Assembly (NCBI GenBank): GCA_964603065.1
Contig: CAZRTL010000005.1
Location: forward strand, 4,700-68,699
DNA: 64,000 bases
Origin: Candidatus Woesearchaeota archaeon
GTDB lineage: Archaea; Nanobdellota; Nanobdellia; SCGC-AAA011-G17; PNOQ01
Reading direction: 5' to 3'
Shown piece after piece: positions 46,548-56,970 of the stretch. Every line of letters starts with the position of its first letter. The stretch's first letter is position 1. The notes under the pieces were generated by a model that was not told the DNA's origin, searched no databases, and saw only the letters and a program-made list of their open reading frames with translations. The translations under genes were made by a program, and so were the position numbers.

Positions 46548-48857
46548 ATGTCAAATATATTATGGTTAAATGAAATTTCTAAAGACTCTATTCCAACAGT
46601 TGGAGGAAAAGGAGCCAACCTAGGGGAAATGTATAATAATAACTTTCCAGTTCCAAAAGCATTTGTAATTACCGCCGATGCCTACAAAGAATTCTTAAAT
46701 TCAACAGGAATCCAAGAAAAAATAAATGAAATCTTAAACAATTTAAACGTAGAAAACACGGAGCAACTAAGAGAGGCTTCCGAAAAAATTCAAGACATTA
46801 TTCTAGCCATGCAAATCCCTGAAGAACTCAAAAAAGAAATAATAAAATCTTATTCAGATTTAAATGTAAATCACGATCTATTAAACAAAGCTCCACAAGC
46901 CTTACACTTAATAAAAGCGGGCAGAGATAATCCTTTTGTAGCGGTAAGATCTAGCGCAACAGCAGAAGATCTACCCACTGCTTCTTTCGCAGGACAGCAA
47001 GAAACCTTTCTAAACGTAAAAGGGATAGAGCAAGTACTCCAAGCAGTACATCAATGCTGGGCATCATTATACACTTCAAGAGCAATTTATTACAGAGTAA
47101 AAAACAATTTCGAACATTCCAAAGTTTTTATAGCAGTAGTCGTCCAAAAAATGATTAATTCAGATAAAGCTGGAGTCATATTTTCAATAAATCCAAACAC
47201 GAATGAAGAAGAAGTAATAATAGAAGCATCTTATGGCCTAGGTGATGCAGTTGTCTCCGGATCAATTTCTCCAGATCAATATATAATAGATAAAAAAGAT
47301 ATGCGAATAAAAGATATAAAAGTAAATAAAAAAGAATGGATGTTATACCGAGATTCAAATACTGGAAGAACAACAAAAAGGGTTCTAAACGATGAAAAAG
47401 CAACTTCCCAAGTTCTAACTGAAAATGAAATAAACAAATTAGCAACTCTAGCAGTAAATGTTGAAGATTATTATCAAAAACCCCAAGATATAGAATTTGC
47501 AACAGAAAATCAAAATATATTCTTAATACAAACAAGACCAATAACAACAATAGAAAAAGTAGAAAAAAAGACGGAAGAAACTCAAGAAGCAGAAGGAAAT
47601 TCAATCCTAAAAGGCATTCCAGCCTCTCCGGGATTAGGATCTGGAAAAGTAAAGATAATTACTTCTTTAGACAATCTATCAAAAATAGAAAAAGGAGATA
47701 TTTTAGTAGCAAAAATGACAAATCCTGATTATGTGACTGCAATGGAAAAAGCCTCCGCAATAGTAACGGATGAAGGAGGAACATCTTCACATGCAGCTAT
47801 TGTTTCTAGAGAAATGGGAATACCTGCAATAGTCGGAACAAAAGAGGCCACAACAAAACTTCAAGAAAACCAAGAAATAACTGTTGATGGAACGAAGGGA
47901 ATAGTAACAGAAGGATTAACAGAAATAGCTCCAAAAGAAACTTTCAAAGTTCCAGAACATATTCCAGAAACAAAAACTAAAATCAAAGTTAATCTAGATA
48001 TGCCACAATTAGCAGAAAAAGCTTCTATGTTAAAACCGGATGGAATTGGCCTTATGAGAATTGAATTTATGATTGCAGATTCAAAAATACATCCAATAAA
48101 ATATATCAAAGAAAATAGAGAGGAAGAATATACTCAAATGTTAATGAAAGATATTGAAAACATAGTTAAATATTTCAAAGAAAAACCAGTTTGGATTAGA
48201 ACTTCAGATATTAGAACGGATGAATATAGAAACCTTGAAGGTGGAGAAAGCGAACCTCACGAATCTAATCCGATGATGGGCATCCATGGAATTAGAAAAG
48301 GATTAAGAGAACCTAGATTACTAAAAGCAGAACTAAAAGCAATAAAAAATCTAAGAGAAAAAGGTTACAATAATTTAGCCGTAATGCTCCCAATGGTTTC
48401 CCATATGGAACAAATAGAAAAAACTAAGGAGATTTTAAAAGAACTTGATATGTATGATATTAAATTGGGAGTAATGATAGAAACTCCTGCAGCTTGTTTT
48501 ATAATTCACGAAATATGTAAAGATGAAAAAATAGAATTTGTAAGTATAGGTTCAAATGATCTAACTCAGTTCACATTAGGCGTAGATAGAAATAACTCTG
48601 AAGTTCAAGATTTATACAATGAAATGCACCCCTCAGTACTAAGATTAATTAAAAAAGTAGTAAAAATAGCCGAAAATCATAATGTAGAATCTAGTATTTG
48701 TGGCCAAGCGGGTTCAAATGAAAATATGGCCAAATATTTGACTGAAATCGGTATAAAATCTATTTCTGTAAACCTCGATTCTGTCAATAAAATAAGAAAT
48801 TTAGTCTCTGAAATAGAGAAATCTAGCAATTCTGAGCCTCCTAAAGACCAATCGTAA
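46548..48857 (+). CDS. ppsA: phosphoenolpyruvate synthase (PEP-utilising enzyme)
   Basis: GGKGANLGEM ATP-grasp N-terminus and GGTSSHAAIVSREMGIPAIVG phospho-His domain; 769 aa. Confidence 0.85.
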   Translation: MSNILWLNEISKDSIPTVGGKGANLGEMYNNNFPVPKAFVITADAYKEFLNSTGIQEKINEILNNLNVENTEQLREASEKIQDIILAMQIPEELKKEIIKSYSDLNVNHDLLNKAPQALHLIKAGRDNPFVAVRSSATAEDLPTASFAGQQETFLNVKGIEQVLQAVHQCWASLYTSRAIYYRVKNNFEHSKVFIAVVVQKMINSDKAGVIFSINPNTNEEEVIIEASYGLGDAVVSGSISPDQYIIDKKDMRIKDIKVNKKEWMLYRDSNTGRTTKRVLNDEKATSQVLTENEINKLATLAVNVEDYYQKPQDIEFATENQNIFLIQTRPITTIEKVEKKTEETQEAEGNSILKGIPASPGLGSGKVKIITSLDNLSKIEKGDILVAKMTNPDYVTAMEKASAIVTDEGGTSSHAAIVSREMGIPAIVGTKEATTKLQENQEITVDGTKGIVTEGLTEIAPKETFKVPEHIPETKTKIKVNLDMPQLAEKASMLKPDGIGLMRIEFMIADSKIHPIKYIKENREEEYTQMLMKDIENIVKYFKEKPVWIRTSDIRTDEYRNLEGGESEPHESNPMMGIHGIRKGLREPRLLKAELKAIKNLREKGYNNLAVMLPMVSHMEQIEKTKEILKELDMYDIKLGVMIETPAACFIIHEICKDEKIEFVSIGSNDLTQFTLGVDRNNSEVQDLYNEMHPSVLRLIKKVVKIAENHNVESSICGQAGSNENMAKYLTEIGIKSISVNLDSVNKIRNLVSEIEKSSNSEPPKDQS

Positions 48858-48916
48858 GGTTTATATATCATTAGTTACAGTAGAGTAGTAACAAAAAGGA
48901 GGAAAACATACTAAAA

Positions 48917-49621
48917 ATGACAGAAGAAAGAACAGAACCCGGATTTAAGGATTATCTAGGTAGCTATAATGGACTAAATCAATTAGGTGAAGAAACTCTG
49001 GCAAAACCATATGATGCAAGTTTAAGAAGCACCACAGCAAAGGTTTTAGGTCTTGATGAAAAAACATTTTGGAATGTAACTCCAGACAGTATTCATAGAG
49101 AAATCTCAATAGCAAAAGAACAAACAGGATCTAAATTAGTCGAACAAATTGATGCTAACTTAGAAGAGATATTAAATACTGAAACTGCAGGATTAGATAT
49201 GGGAAAAACGAGTAATCTTTTATTATATACTGCTCAAAATTCAAAACCGGTAGTGGCAGATCCTGAAAATCCAACATCTACTGAAATTTTCCATTCTCAG
49301 CTTTATAATGCAGCTAAAATTGCGGAAGCTAGAAAAGAAAATCCAGAAGAAGCTAAAGAAATGATGAAAGAATCTCTAAGATATATAAATGGAGAAATGA
49401 TTGATAGATTAACTATAAATCAATCACAAGTCTTAGATACATTATACGGTAGTTTTGTTGAAACAGCAACAGAACAATATCTACAAACATTTATGAAAAA
49501 AGGAGCAAAAACTCCTGAATTTAAAATGGGAGTAGTTAAAGGTTACCTAGCTAAAACAATGCAAGGATCTGATGCTGAAACCAAAATAAAACTAGCTAAT
49601 GGATTAGTTTCAATTAATTAA
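48917..49621 (+). CDS. hypothetical protein
   Basis: ORF only. Confidence 0.35.
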   Translation: MTEERTEPGFKDYLGSYNGLNQLGEETLAKPYDASLRSTTAKVLGLDEKTFWNVTPDSIHREISIAKEQTGSKLVEQIDANLEEILNTETAGLDMGKTSNLLLYTAQNSKPVVADPENPTSTEIFHSQLYNAAKIAEARKENPEEAKEMMKESLRYINGEMIDRLTINQSQVLDTLYGSFVETATEQYLQTFMKKGAKTPEFKMGVVKGYLAKTMQGSDAETKIKLANGLVSIN

Positions 49622-49623
49622 AA

Positions 49624-50502
49624 TTAATTTTCTTTTTTTTCTACCATTATTATTTTTCTATTCTCAATTAATTTAGAAGTTATTGATCTCATAACTTTCT
49701 CAAATTCTTCAGCTCTCTTAAGATATTTATCCACTTCTTTACCTTCTATATACTTAACATTGCCATGCATAACATCATGAGCCAACTCGTACATTTCCTT
49801 GAACCAATCCACATATTTCCCATTCAAAAATTTTCTTTTTACAAACATGCTTTCTAACAACTCGGCAACATGTTCGGGGCTAGGAGGAACATGACCAGCA
49901 GCCATCAAGGCAGCATGTGAGCTATCTACCATAGCCCAATAAACATTCTCTATAGAAGCAACAATATCAATTTTAGCCTTAGCCAAGTGCATAGGACTTC
50001 TTCTTAAAGTAAGGAAAATAGACTCTGCAGTAGGTCTTATTTTACCTTTAGCTAATAAAACTTTCAAAGGGTTGAAAAACCCACCATGATCAATCAGAGT
50101 TTCCCCATATCTCAACATATTAATAACAGCTGGCTCTCCAGCTCTAACTTCTTCCATAAAAGTGCTCAGAGTAATAGTAGTAAGATGTAACTCTTTCTTG
50201 TATCTCTGTTCACCTAACAATTCACTTAATTCTTGTCGATACCAGGCAATTAATTCCTGATCCCAATCAATAACACAATCATCTATAATAATAACAATAT
50301 CAATATCACTCCCTTTCTTGGCCTCATTTTTAACAACGCTTCCAAACAAAACTATGGATTTTATAACTTCCTTAAATTTTTTATAGGATTTAATAGCAAA
50401 ATCATAAGCAATATCTCTATCATTCTCAAATTTCTTCTCAGAAGTTTTTTTCTTCACAGGAGCTTTTTTCTTTTTAGTTGCTTTTTTCTTTTTTGCGGGC
50501 AA
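49624..50502 (-). CDS. nucleotidyltransferase-domain protein with a poly-Lys N-terminus
   Basis: LFGSVVKNEAKKGSDIDIVIIIDD motif and MPAKKKKATKKKKAPVKKK tail; paralog of the C-terminal half of 42385..44148. Confidence 0.6.
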   Translation of the reverse strand: MPAKKKKATKKKKAPVKKKTSEKKFENDRDIAYDFAIKSYKKFKEVIKSIVLFGSVVKNEAKKGSDIDIVIIIDDCVIDWDQELIAWYRQELSELLGEQRYKKELHLTTITLSTFMEEVRAGEPAVINMLRYGETLIDHGGFFNPLKVLLAKGKIRPTAESIFLTLRRSPMHLAKAKIDIVASIENVYWAMVDSSHAALMAAGHVPPSPEHVAELLESMFVKRKFLNGKYVDWFKEMYELAHDVMHGNVKYIEGKEVDKYLKRAEEFEKVMRSITSKLIENRKIIMVEKKEN

Positions 50503-50545
50503 ACTACCACCTCTTAATTTATTTTAATTTTCCCTATTTAAAAAT

Positions 50546-52465
50546 TTATTGATTGGCAAACCTTCCTTTATCTCCGCCTGCCTGCCCGCCCAACTCTTTA
50601 GGTAACATTGAAAATCCTCCACCTTGCATCTTAAAGTTCTGTTCGGGCAACATATCTCCAAATCCAAATAAGTATGATGAATAAACATCTCTAACATCTG
50701 TCCAACTTGGTCCTTTATCATATGAATAAAAGGGACTATTCAATCCTTCAACAGCATAAGAAACGGGGCTCATTTTGAATTGATTTATCATACCCCCTGC
50801 TTCAACAACTGCCGGACCTTCCCATTTCTTTCCTTGAGCTTTCTCAATGGCTTCAACTTGTTCCTTTATTGGAACATTTCCCATTCCTGGAGCCAAATGT
50901 GTATCCCCATATCCAAAATTATCTGTAAGGTGTAGATGTTTAACATGTTTACCTATTTTCTTAGCTTCCTCAACAATCTCTTTTTCACTATAACCATATT
51001 TTCTCAACTGATTGATATGGCCAACATCCCAAGTAACACCCACATTTTTTTCGGCTACTTTTTCGGCTGATCCCTTACTCATTCCCTCCTTAACTAATTT
51101 TTCACTAAATTGTTTTTTAGAACTTTCAATCATTTTCTTCAAAGATTCCGCTCTAGATAAAGTCCACTCGGGAAAAACGTTCTCAACAGCAATCAAAGGC
51201 ATCTTATCCCCAAATTTTTTATAAGCATGTAAGGCAACATTAGCAAATGTTTCGGCGGCTTTTTCTTGAGCAACATCATCTACCGGCCTATATATTTCTG
51301 GAGTTTGTAAATCAATCAAAGAGTTAGAAATTATTTCAGGAGTAATTCTTTGACCAACTTGATTTTGAATTCTATTCTCCATCTCTTGTTGCATTTCCAT
51401 TATACGAGGATTCATTTCCTCTCTACTCATTTTTCCTTTATTATCTTTTATCCATTTATTTATTTTTCCTTCTTTGCCTAAATAAGCGATTTCTATTTTA
51501 TTTTGGTTTTCAAAATCTGTAGTTAATTTTTTCAACTCAACCTCTTTTTCCTCATAATCATAAATTTCTTTTTCAGTTTTTCCTTCTTTATTAAATCCTT
51601 TTTTATAAGTATGATAAACATCGTTCAAATGTGAAAATAAATAAGAATTATACTGCCTCTTTTGCTCCTCATATCTATCCTCAACACTTTTCAAAGCTTT
51701 AATCTCATCCATTTCTCCCTGACTTATTCTCCCGCCAGTTTGTCTATATTTTTGTTCCAAAAGCATCAATTTCTTTCCCTCATCACTATTAAATTGCCAA
51801 TTTCTTTGTAAGGCCTCAGTTTCCTCTTTTTGTTTCATCAAACTCAAGAACTCCATTTTCTTTTGTTCCCAAGAACTATCATTCATAGTTTTTAATCTCC
51901 TATCAACATCTAATATTTCTTTCCCAGTTAACCACTCAACTTCTTCATGTATTACGGGGGTTATTTGGCCTGTTTGAGTATTAACAACACTCATCATCTC
52001 TCTTGTTTCTCCACCACCTTCCTCTTTCTTACCCCAGATATTAGCAGCCACTCCTCCGCCCGAAGCGTGAAAATTAACGGGGATATTTCCATCTGGGTCT
52101 AATTGATGTGCCCTCTCAATAACATCTTTAAATTCTTGTTCTGCCAATTTCCTTTGATGCTCATTCCAACCCTGCTGTGAAAATCCTGCTGGATCAGTCT
52201 GAACAGGAGCGTGAACGGAAAGCTTACTATCAGTTAACTTAGACAATCTTCTCATCTCATCCATATGTTGAGCAGGAATAGCACTAAAAACATCCTGACT
52301 TAAAGAGCCAATCTCTACATTCTTAACCCCTTCATTTAGTCTCATTCCTAGTTCTCCTAATTGATTAGCCGTCTGAGGATTAGTACTCCAACTCAAATTA
52401 CCAAAATGCATAGAAAAATCATTTTCCATTCCACCCATCCTTTTATCTCGAAATCTATCTACCAT
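50546..52465 (-). CDS. xylose-isomerase/Endonuclease-IV-like TIM-barrel protein with a ~250-aa charged insertion
   Basis: NFHASGG, IAVENV, WDVGH and HLHLTDN..G.GDTHLAPGMGN resemble the Nfo motifs NFHPGS, VIENTAG, IDTCH and MHLNDAK...DRHH.LGEGNIG. Confidence 0.45.
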   Translation of the reverse strand: MVDRFRDKRMGGMENDFSMHFGNLSWSTNPQTANQLGELGMRLNEGVKNVEIGSLSQDVFSAIPAQHMDEMRRLSKLTDSKLSVHAPVQTDPAGFSQQGWNEHQRKLAEQEFKDVIERAHQLDPDGNIPVNFHASGGGVAANIWGKKEEGGGETREMMSVVNTQTGQITPVIHEEVEWLTGKEILDVDRRLKTMNDSSWEQKKMEFLSLMKQKEETEALQRNWQFNSDEGKKLMLLEQKYRQTGGRISQGEMDEIKALKSVEDRYEEQKRQYNSYLFSHLNDVYHTYKKGFNKEGKTEKEIYDYEEKEVELKKLTTDFENQNKIEIAYLGKEGKINKWIKDNKGKMSREEMNPRIMEMQQEMENRIQNQVGQRITPEIISNSLIDLQTPEIYRPVDDVAQEKAAETFANVALHAYKKFGDKMPLIAVENVFPEWTLSRAESLKKMIESSKKQFSEKLVKEGMSKGSAEKVAEKNVGVTWDVGHINQLRKYGYSEKEIVEEAKKIGKHVKHLHLTDNFGYGDTHLAPGMGNVPIKEQVEAIEKAQGKKWEGPAVVEAGGMINQFKMSPVSYAVEGLNSPFYSYDKGPSWTDVRDVYSSYLFGFGDMLPEQNFKMQGGGFSMLPKELGGQAGGDKGRFANQ

Positions 52466-53907
52466 GTCATCATCCTATGTGCTTTCTTAAAAACATCATA
52501 TAAAGTAAAACATCTGGACTTAGCAACACTTTGAGCCTCACTAAGAACTTTCTTCTCTTCAAAACTTCCAGCCTTTTTTTCAGAGCCTGGAACAAAACTA
52601 CCTAAAATATTCCCAAATTCACCAAGCCCCTTAAATCCTTTTTTCAAAGATACAAAAAAATCTTCTTCTTTCTCTCCTTCTTTCTTCTTTTCTGGATAAA
52701 TATACTCATCTAAATCGGCTTGTAACTTTTCCAAACTGAATTCTGTCAATTCTTCTACCATTGCCATATTCTCATAAACTTCTTGTGCATAAATATCATC
52801 TAAATCGGCTTGATCAAAAACATATGCTCTAAAAAAAACATCTATTGTTCCCATATGAGCAAAGTGTTGGCTCTGGCCTTGCCTTACAACCTGCGGAGCA
52901 GTTCTGTACTGGAACTCTGCCTCTAAACACATATAATAATCCTTACTAAATTTAAATTTTTTAAAAGATGGGTGAACACTATCCGGACTAATTTTCTTCT
53001 TTGCCATTAACTTAAGTTCCATTTGCATACTATCAAAAGTAGTAACCATGTCTGGACTAGGCAACCCCGCCTTTGTCTTAAATTCCTTCATACCTAATTT
53101 CTGGGCAGCTCTTAAATAAGGCCTCGCCCAAGTAGTATATAATTTCAAACTATCAACTTGTGCTCTCAAATAGTTTTTCTCTATATCATGTCTCTTCCTT
53201 AATTCTCTCTCACTAGCTTCTTTCCAAGCATTATACTCTCCAAATTTTTTCTTTATGATCGTTTTAACTCTTTTATTTAAATCCATTCTATCTACATCTT
53301 TTGAAGAAGTCGCTTGCATAAAAGCATCTCTTAACGTAACAAAATTTAAGTCCCCTCTAGTTAACTGGTTTATACTTCCTAATCCAGTTTTGACATCAAC
53401 TTGATCCATCCATATTCCTCTTAAAGAATACTCTCCCTCAAGCTTAGTATTTTTATCTTTAGATTTAATAGAATCATAAGCTTGTAATCGCATATCAAAT
53501 TCCTTCAAATCATAAATTAAATTAATAATTGTTCTCAAAACGGCATTAACAGTTTCTAATATTTTCATAGCTCTGTCTTGCATAACACTAGCTTTACTTC
53601 CCAATTCCCCAAAAAATCCTCCCCCAGAACTGGCCTCAAACTCCTCCGTAACTTTATCAACTTCAAACCCTAATCCAGAAGGATCATCAGCTCTTAAAAA
53701 ATCTAAAGTCCAGAAATAAACAGGCTCCAAAGTATTAGAAAATGTGTCATAAATAATATGGTATTCAACAGGGTTTCCACTATCAAATTTAACTATTCCC
53801 TTTTTTTTAATCAACTCAATTAATTTTTCCCTTTTCTCTTTTTTTTCCTTAAAAGAAATATCTTCATTTTTAAGCTCCGCTCTAAGAGAATTTATGTTAA
53901 CCACCAT
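52459..53907 (-). CDS. hypothetical 482-aa protein, translationally coupled to the TIM-barrel gene
   Basis: 7-nt overlap with the downstream gene; no recognised motifs. Confidence 0.45.
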   Translation of the reverse strand: MVVNINSLRAELKNEDISFKEKKEKREKLIELIKKKGIVKFDSGNPVEYHIIYDTFSNTLEPVYFWTLDFLRADDPSGLGFEVDKVTEEFEASSGGGFFGELGSKASVMQDRAMKILETVNAVLRTIINLIYDLKEFDMRLQAYDSIKSKDKNTKLEGEYSLRGIWMDQVDVKTGLGSINQLTRGDLNFVTLRDAFMQATSSKDVDRMDLNKRVKTIIKKKFGEYNAWKEASERELRKRHDIEKNYLRAQVDSLKLYTTWARPYLRAAQKLGMKEFKTKAGLPSPDMVTTFDSMQMELKLMAKKKISPDSVHPSFKKFKFSKDYYMCLEAEFQYRTAPQVVRQGQSQHFAHMGTIDVFFRAYVFDQADLDDIYAQEVYENMAMVEELTEFSLEKLQADLDEYIYPEKKKEGEKEEDFFVSLKKGFKGLGEFGNILGSFVPGSEKKAGSFEEKKVLSEAQSVAKSRCFTLYDVFKKAHRMMTW

Positions 53908-53984
53908 ACTAAAATTTTAGTTTGGAACTTTTTAAATATTTCTATCAACAAAAGCTTTTTAATATCCTTCAGAATATTTAAACT

Positions 53985-54377
53985 ATGAAAAAATTCTTCA
54001 TTATAGCGGCCATAATAGTAGTTTTAGACCAAATTACAAAAATTCTATTTACTAACAAACATTTTGGTATCATAAATTACACCACAAACACTGGAGCAGC
54101 TTTCTCTTTATTTCAAGGATATACCTTTTTTCTGGCAATAATTTCAATTTTAATAGCAATTTTTATATATTTTCTAGCTAAAAAAAATAAAAATTTGCAA
54201 ATCCCCCTTGCTTTCATATTTGGAGGGGCAGTAGGAAATTTAATAGACAGGTTATTTCTAGGTCATGTAAGAGACTTTATTGATTTGCAAGTTTGGCCAA
54301 TATTTAACATAGCAGATTCTTTCAATGTAATTGGAGTTGTAATAATAGCATATTTAATTTTAAAAGGAAAAACTTAA
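53985..54377 (+). CDS. lspA: lipoprotein signal peptidase (signal peptidase II)
   Basis: Four TM segments, NTGAAFSLF and FNIADSF signature blocks; 130 aa. Confidence 0.8.
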   Translation: MKKFFIIAAIIVVLDQITKILFTNKHFGIINYTTNTGAAFSLFQGYTFFLAIISILIAIFIYFLAKKNKNLQIPLAFIFGGAVGNLIDRLFLGHVRDFIDLQVWPIFNIADSFNVIGVVIIAYLILKGKT

Positions 54378-54396
54378 ACTTAACACCCACTTTTCA

Positions 54397-55035
54397 ATGA
54401 TAAGCAAAGGTTTATTAATTTTATTATCCTTAATTTCTTTAATGAAGTATGATATCAAAATAAATAATATTCCAATACCAAAAAAGATTTCTAATAAGTG
54501 GCAAGATATGATGAACTTGCTGGCAGAATATGCAAAGATACCGGCAGCACTAATTATGAAAGTAGAACCTCCAAAAATTGAAGTTTTTATTTCAAGCAAA
54601 ACAAAAAACAATCCCTATAATAAAGGGGAATCAGAAAAGCTCACGGGATTATATTGTGAAACGGTAATTGGGAAAAATAAGAGGTTGTTAATACCTAATG
54701 CTTTAAAGAGTAAAAAATGGAGAAATAATCCAGATATTAAATCGGGAATGATTTCCTACCTCGGATTTCCACTAAGATGGCCAGATGGAAAACCCTTCGG
54801 TACAATATGTATCCTTGATTCAAAAGAAAACAAATATAATAAAAAAATTGAAAGACTTATCATAAGTTTCAAAGAGTTGATAGAATTTAATCTAGATTTG
54901 ATACAAATGTACCATCTTCAAGGTCGCAAAGTAAAAGAATTAGAAAAATATCGTAAACATATAATTAGTAGAGAATTGAAAATGGTCGAATTAAAGAACC
55001 GTATTAAGGAATTAGAAAAAGGGCTTAAAAATTAA
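54397..55035 (+). CDS. GAF-like domain protein with a C-terminal coiled coil
   Basis: Weak GAF-like pattern (GFPLRWPDGKPFGTICILD). Confidence 0.35.
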   Translation: MISKGLLILLSLISLMKYDIKINNIPIPKKISNKWQDMMNLLAEYAKIPAALIMKVEPPKIEVFISSKTKNNPYNKGESEKLTGLYCETVIGKNKRLLIPNALKSKKWRNNPDIKSGMISYLGFPLRWPDGKPFGTICILDSKENKYNKKIERLIISFKELIEFNLDLIQMYHLQGRKVKELEKYRKHIISRELKMVELKNRIKELEKGLKN

Positions 55036-55063
55036 TTATAAATCAACAATATTATCTTTAAAA

Positions 55064-55429
55064 TTAAAAAGTAGAAAGTAAGTTCTCGATTCCAGAAACA
55101 AGTTCTTCATTATTTGAATATTCGACAAAATGGTTGGTCACCATTCGCAAAGAACCTGCAATTTTAGCGCCTTTTTGATAAACACAAATAATAGGAATTC
55201 CATAAATATCAGCCCAACCTAATTCTATTCCTAATCCCGTTGCAGGAAACGAAACCTCAGCAATCATCACATCACATGTTTGTATAAACTCCTTAGAATT
55301 AAAGGGTTCTTGATTTTCCTCATGAGGAAGAACAATATTATGTTTATCATTTAATGAACTTGTTCTTAGTGGGTCATACAATAAGGTTTGATAATCCATC
55401 CTTCGTTTGTGAGCAACATAGATTTTCAT
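55064..55429 (-). CDS. nucleoside 2-deoxyribosyltransferase / Rcl (DNPH1)-like protein
   Basis: MKIYVAH...CDVMIAEVSFPATGLGIELGWA is the Rcl/NDT catalytic Glu region pattern. Confidence 0.5.
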   Translation of the reverse strand: MKIYVAHKRRMDYQTLLYDPLRTSSLNDKHNIVLPHEENQEPFNSKEFIQTCDVMIAEVSFPATGLGIELGWADIYGIPIICVYQKGAKIAGSLRMVTNHFVEYSNNEELVSGIENLLSTF

Positions 55430-55515
55430 AAAACTGTGATGCTACCATTAAATATAAGTGTATCGGACAAATCCAAACAAAAAAGCTTAAATATAAACTA
55501 ATCAAAAACTAAACT

Positions 55516-56520
55516 ATGAAAACATATGATCTAATAACTAGAAATCTACAAGAAATTATTGAAGAAAAAGAACTAAAAGAATTATTAAAAAAGAAAAAAA
55601 CTCCGGTAGTATACTGGGGAACAATGCCAACAGGAAGCATTTCAATAGCATACTTCTTTCCAATGTTAAAAATAGCAGATTTCCTCAAAGCAGGATTAAA
55701 AGTGAAAATTCTCCTAGCGGACTTACATGCCGCCCTAGATGGTGTACCTTGGGAAATCCTAGAAAAAAGATACAAATTTTATAAAGAAGCAATAATCACA
55801 ATATTAAAAACAATAGGGGTAAGTGTAGAAAAACTAGAATTTGTAAAGGGAAGTGATATTCAATTAAGTAAAGAATATTTTCATGATTTATTAAAAATAA
55901 GTAGTTTCTCAACAATTCATGATTCAAAAAAAGCTGCATCAGAAGTTGTTAAATTAGGAGACTCTCCAAAAATGTCCGGAGTAATATACCCCTTAATGCA
56001 AGCACTAGATGAAGAGTATCTCCAAGTGGATATACAGTTTGGAGGAATGGATCAAAGAAAAATTATGGTATTTGCTCGTGAACATCTACCAAAAATGGGT
56101 TATAAAAAAAGAGTAGAACTAATTAACCCTTTAATTCGTGGTTTAGTTGGAGAAAAAATGTCTTCTAGCATTGAAGCAACAAAAATAGATTTAATGGATT
56201 CAGAAGATACTGTAAAGAAAAAATTGAATAAAGCAGACTGTGTAACTGGAGATGCAAATAATGGGGTAATGGCACTTCTAGAATATTTCATTATGGTGCT
56301 AAAAGAAGATAAAAAAGAAAAATTCATAATTGAACGTCCAGAAAAATATGGCGGAAATTTAGAATTTTCAAGTTACTCAGAGATAGAAAAAGAATTCACA
56401 AGAAAAAGATTGCACCCCTTAGACTTAAAAAATGGGGTGGCAACAGAAATAAATATTCTACTAAAAAAATTCAGAGAGAATAAAAAACTAAAAAAATATC
56501 ACAAAGAAGCTTACAAATGA
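55516..56520 (+). CDS. tyrS: tyrosyl-tRNA synthetase (archaeal type)
   Basis: Class I fold, [16 protein letters not shown] (HIGH-variant region), KMSSS; 334 aa. Confidence 0.75.
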   Translation: MKTYDLITRNLQEIIEEKELKELLKKKKTPVVYWGTMPTGSISIAYFFPMLKIADFLKAGLKVKILLADLHAALDGVPWEILEKRYKFYKEAIITILKTIGVSVEKLEFVKGSDIQLSKEYFHDLLKISSFSTIHDSKKAASEVVKLGDSPKMSGVIYPLMQALDEEYLQVDIQFGGMDQRKIMVFAREHLPKMGYKKRVELINPLIRGLVGEKMSSSIEATKIDLMDSEDTVKKKLNKADCVTGDANNGVMALLEYFIMVLKEDKKEKFIIERPEKYGGNLEFSSYSEIEKEFTRKRLHPLDLKNGVATEINILLKKFRENKKLKKYHKEAYK

Positions 56521-56930
56521 AATTCCATACAGAATATTTATATTTCGAAACTAAAAAAAGACAAGAATTTCTAAATATAACTAACAAAATAGAAGAAGTA
56601 ATAAAAAAATCAAAAATAAAAGAAGGTTTAGTTTTAATTAATCCTATGCATATAACTGCAGCAGTTTATGTAAACGACGCAGAATCTGGATTAATCCAAG
56701 ATTTTCAAGAATGGTTGGAGAAAATAGCTCCGTATGGCCTTGATTACAAACACCATCAAACTGGAGAAGACAACGCTGATGCCCATCTAAAAAGAACTCT
56801 AATGGGGCACCAAGTTACAATGGCAATAACGGACAATTCTTTAGACCTGGGACCATGGGAACAAATTTATTATGCAGAGTTCGATGGCAAAAGAAAAAAG
56901 CGGGTCATTGTAAAAATAATAGGAGAATAA
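56517..56930 (+). CDS. YjbQ/UPF0047 family protein
   Basis: [15 protein letters not shown]...[13 protein letters not shown]...[23 protein letters not shown]. Confidence 0.75.
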   Translation: MKFHTEYLYFETKKRQEFLNITNKIEEVIKKSKIKEGLVLINPMHITAAVYVNDAESGLIQDFQEWLEKIAPYGLDYKHHQTGEDNADAHLKRTLMGHQVTMAITDNSLDLGPWEQIYYAEFDGKRKKRVIVKIIGE

Positions 56931-56970
56931 GATAGCACAAAAAAATTTCCAGAATTAATTAAAGAAATAA

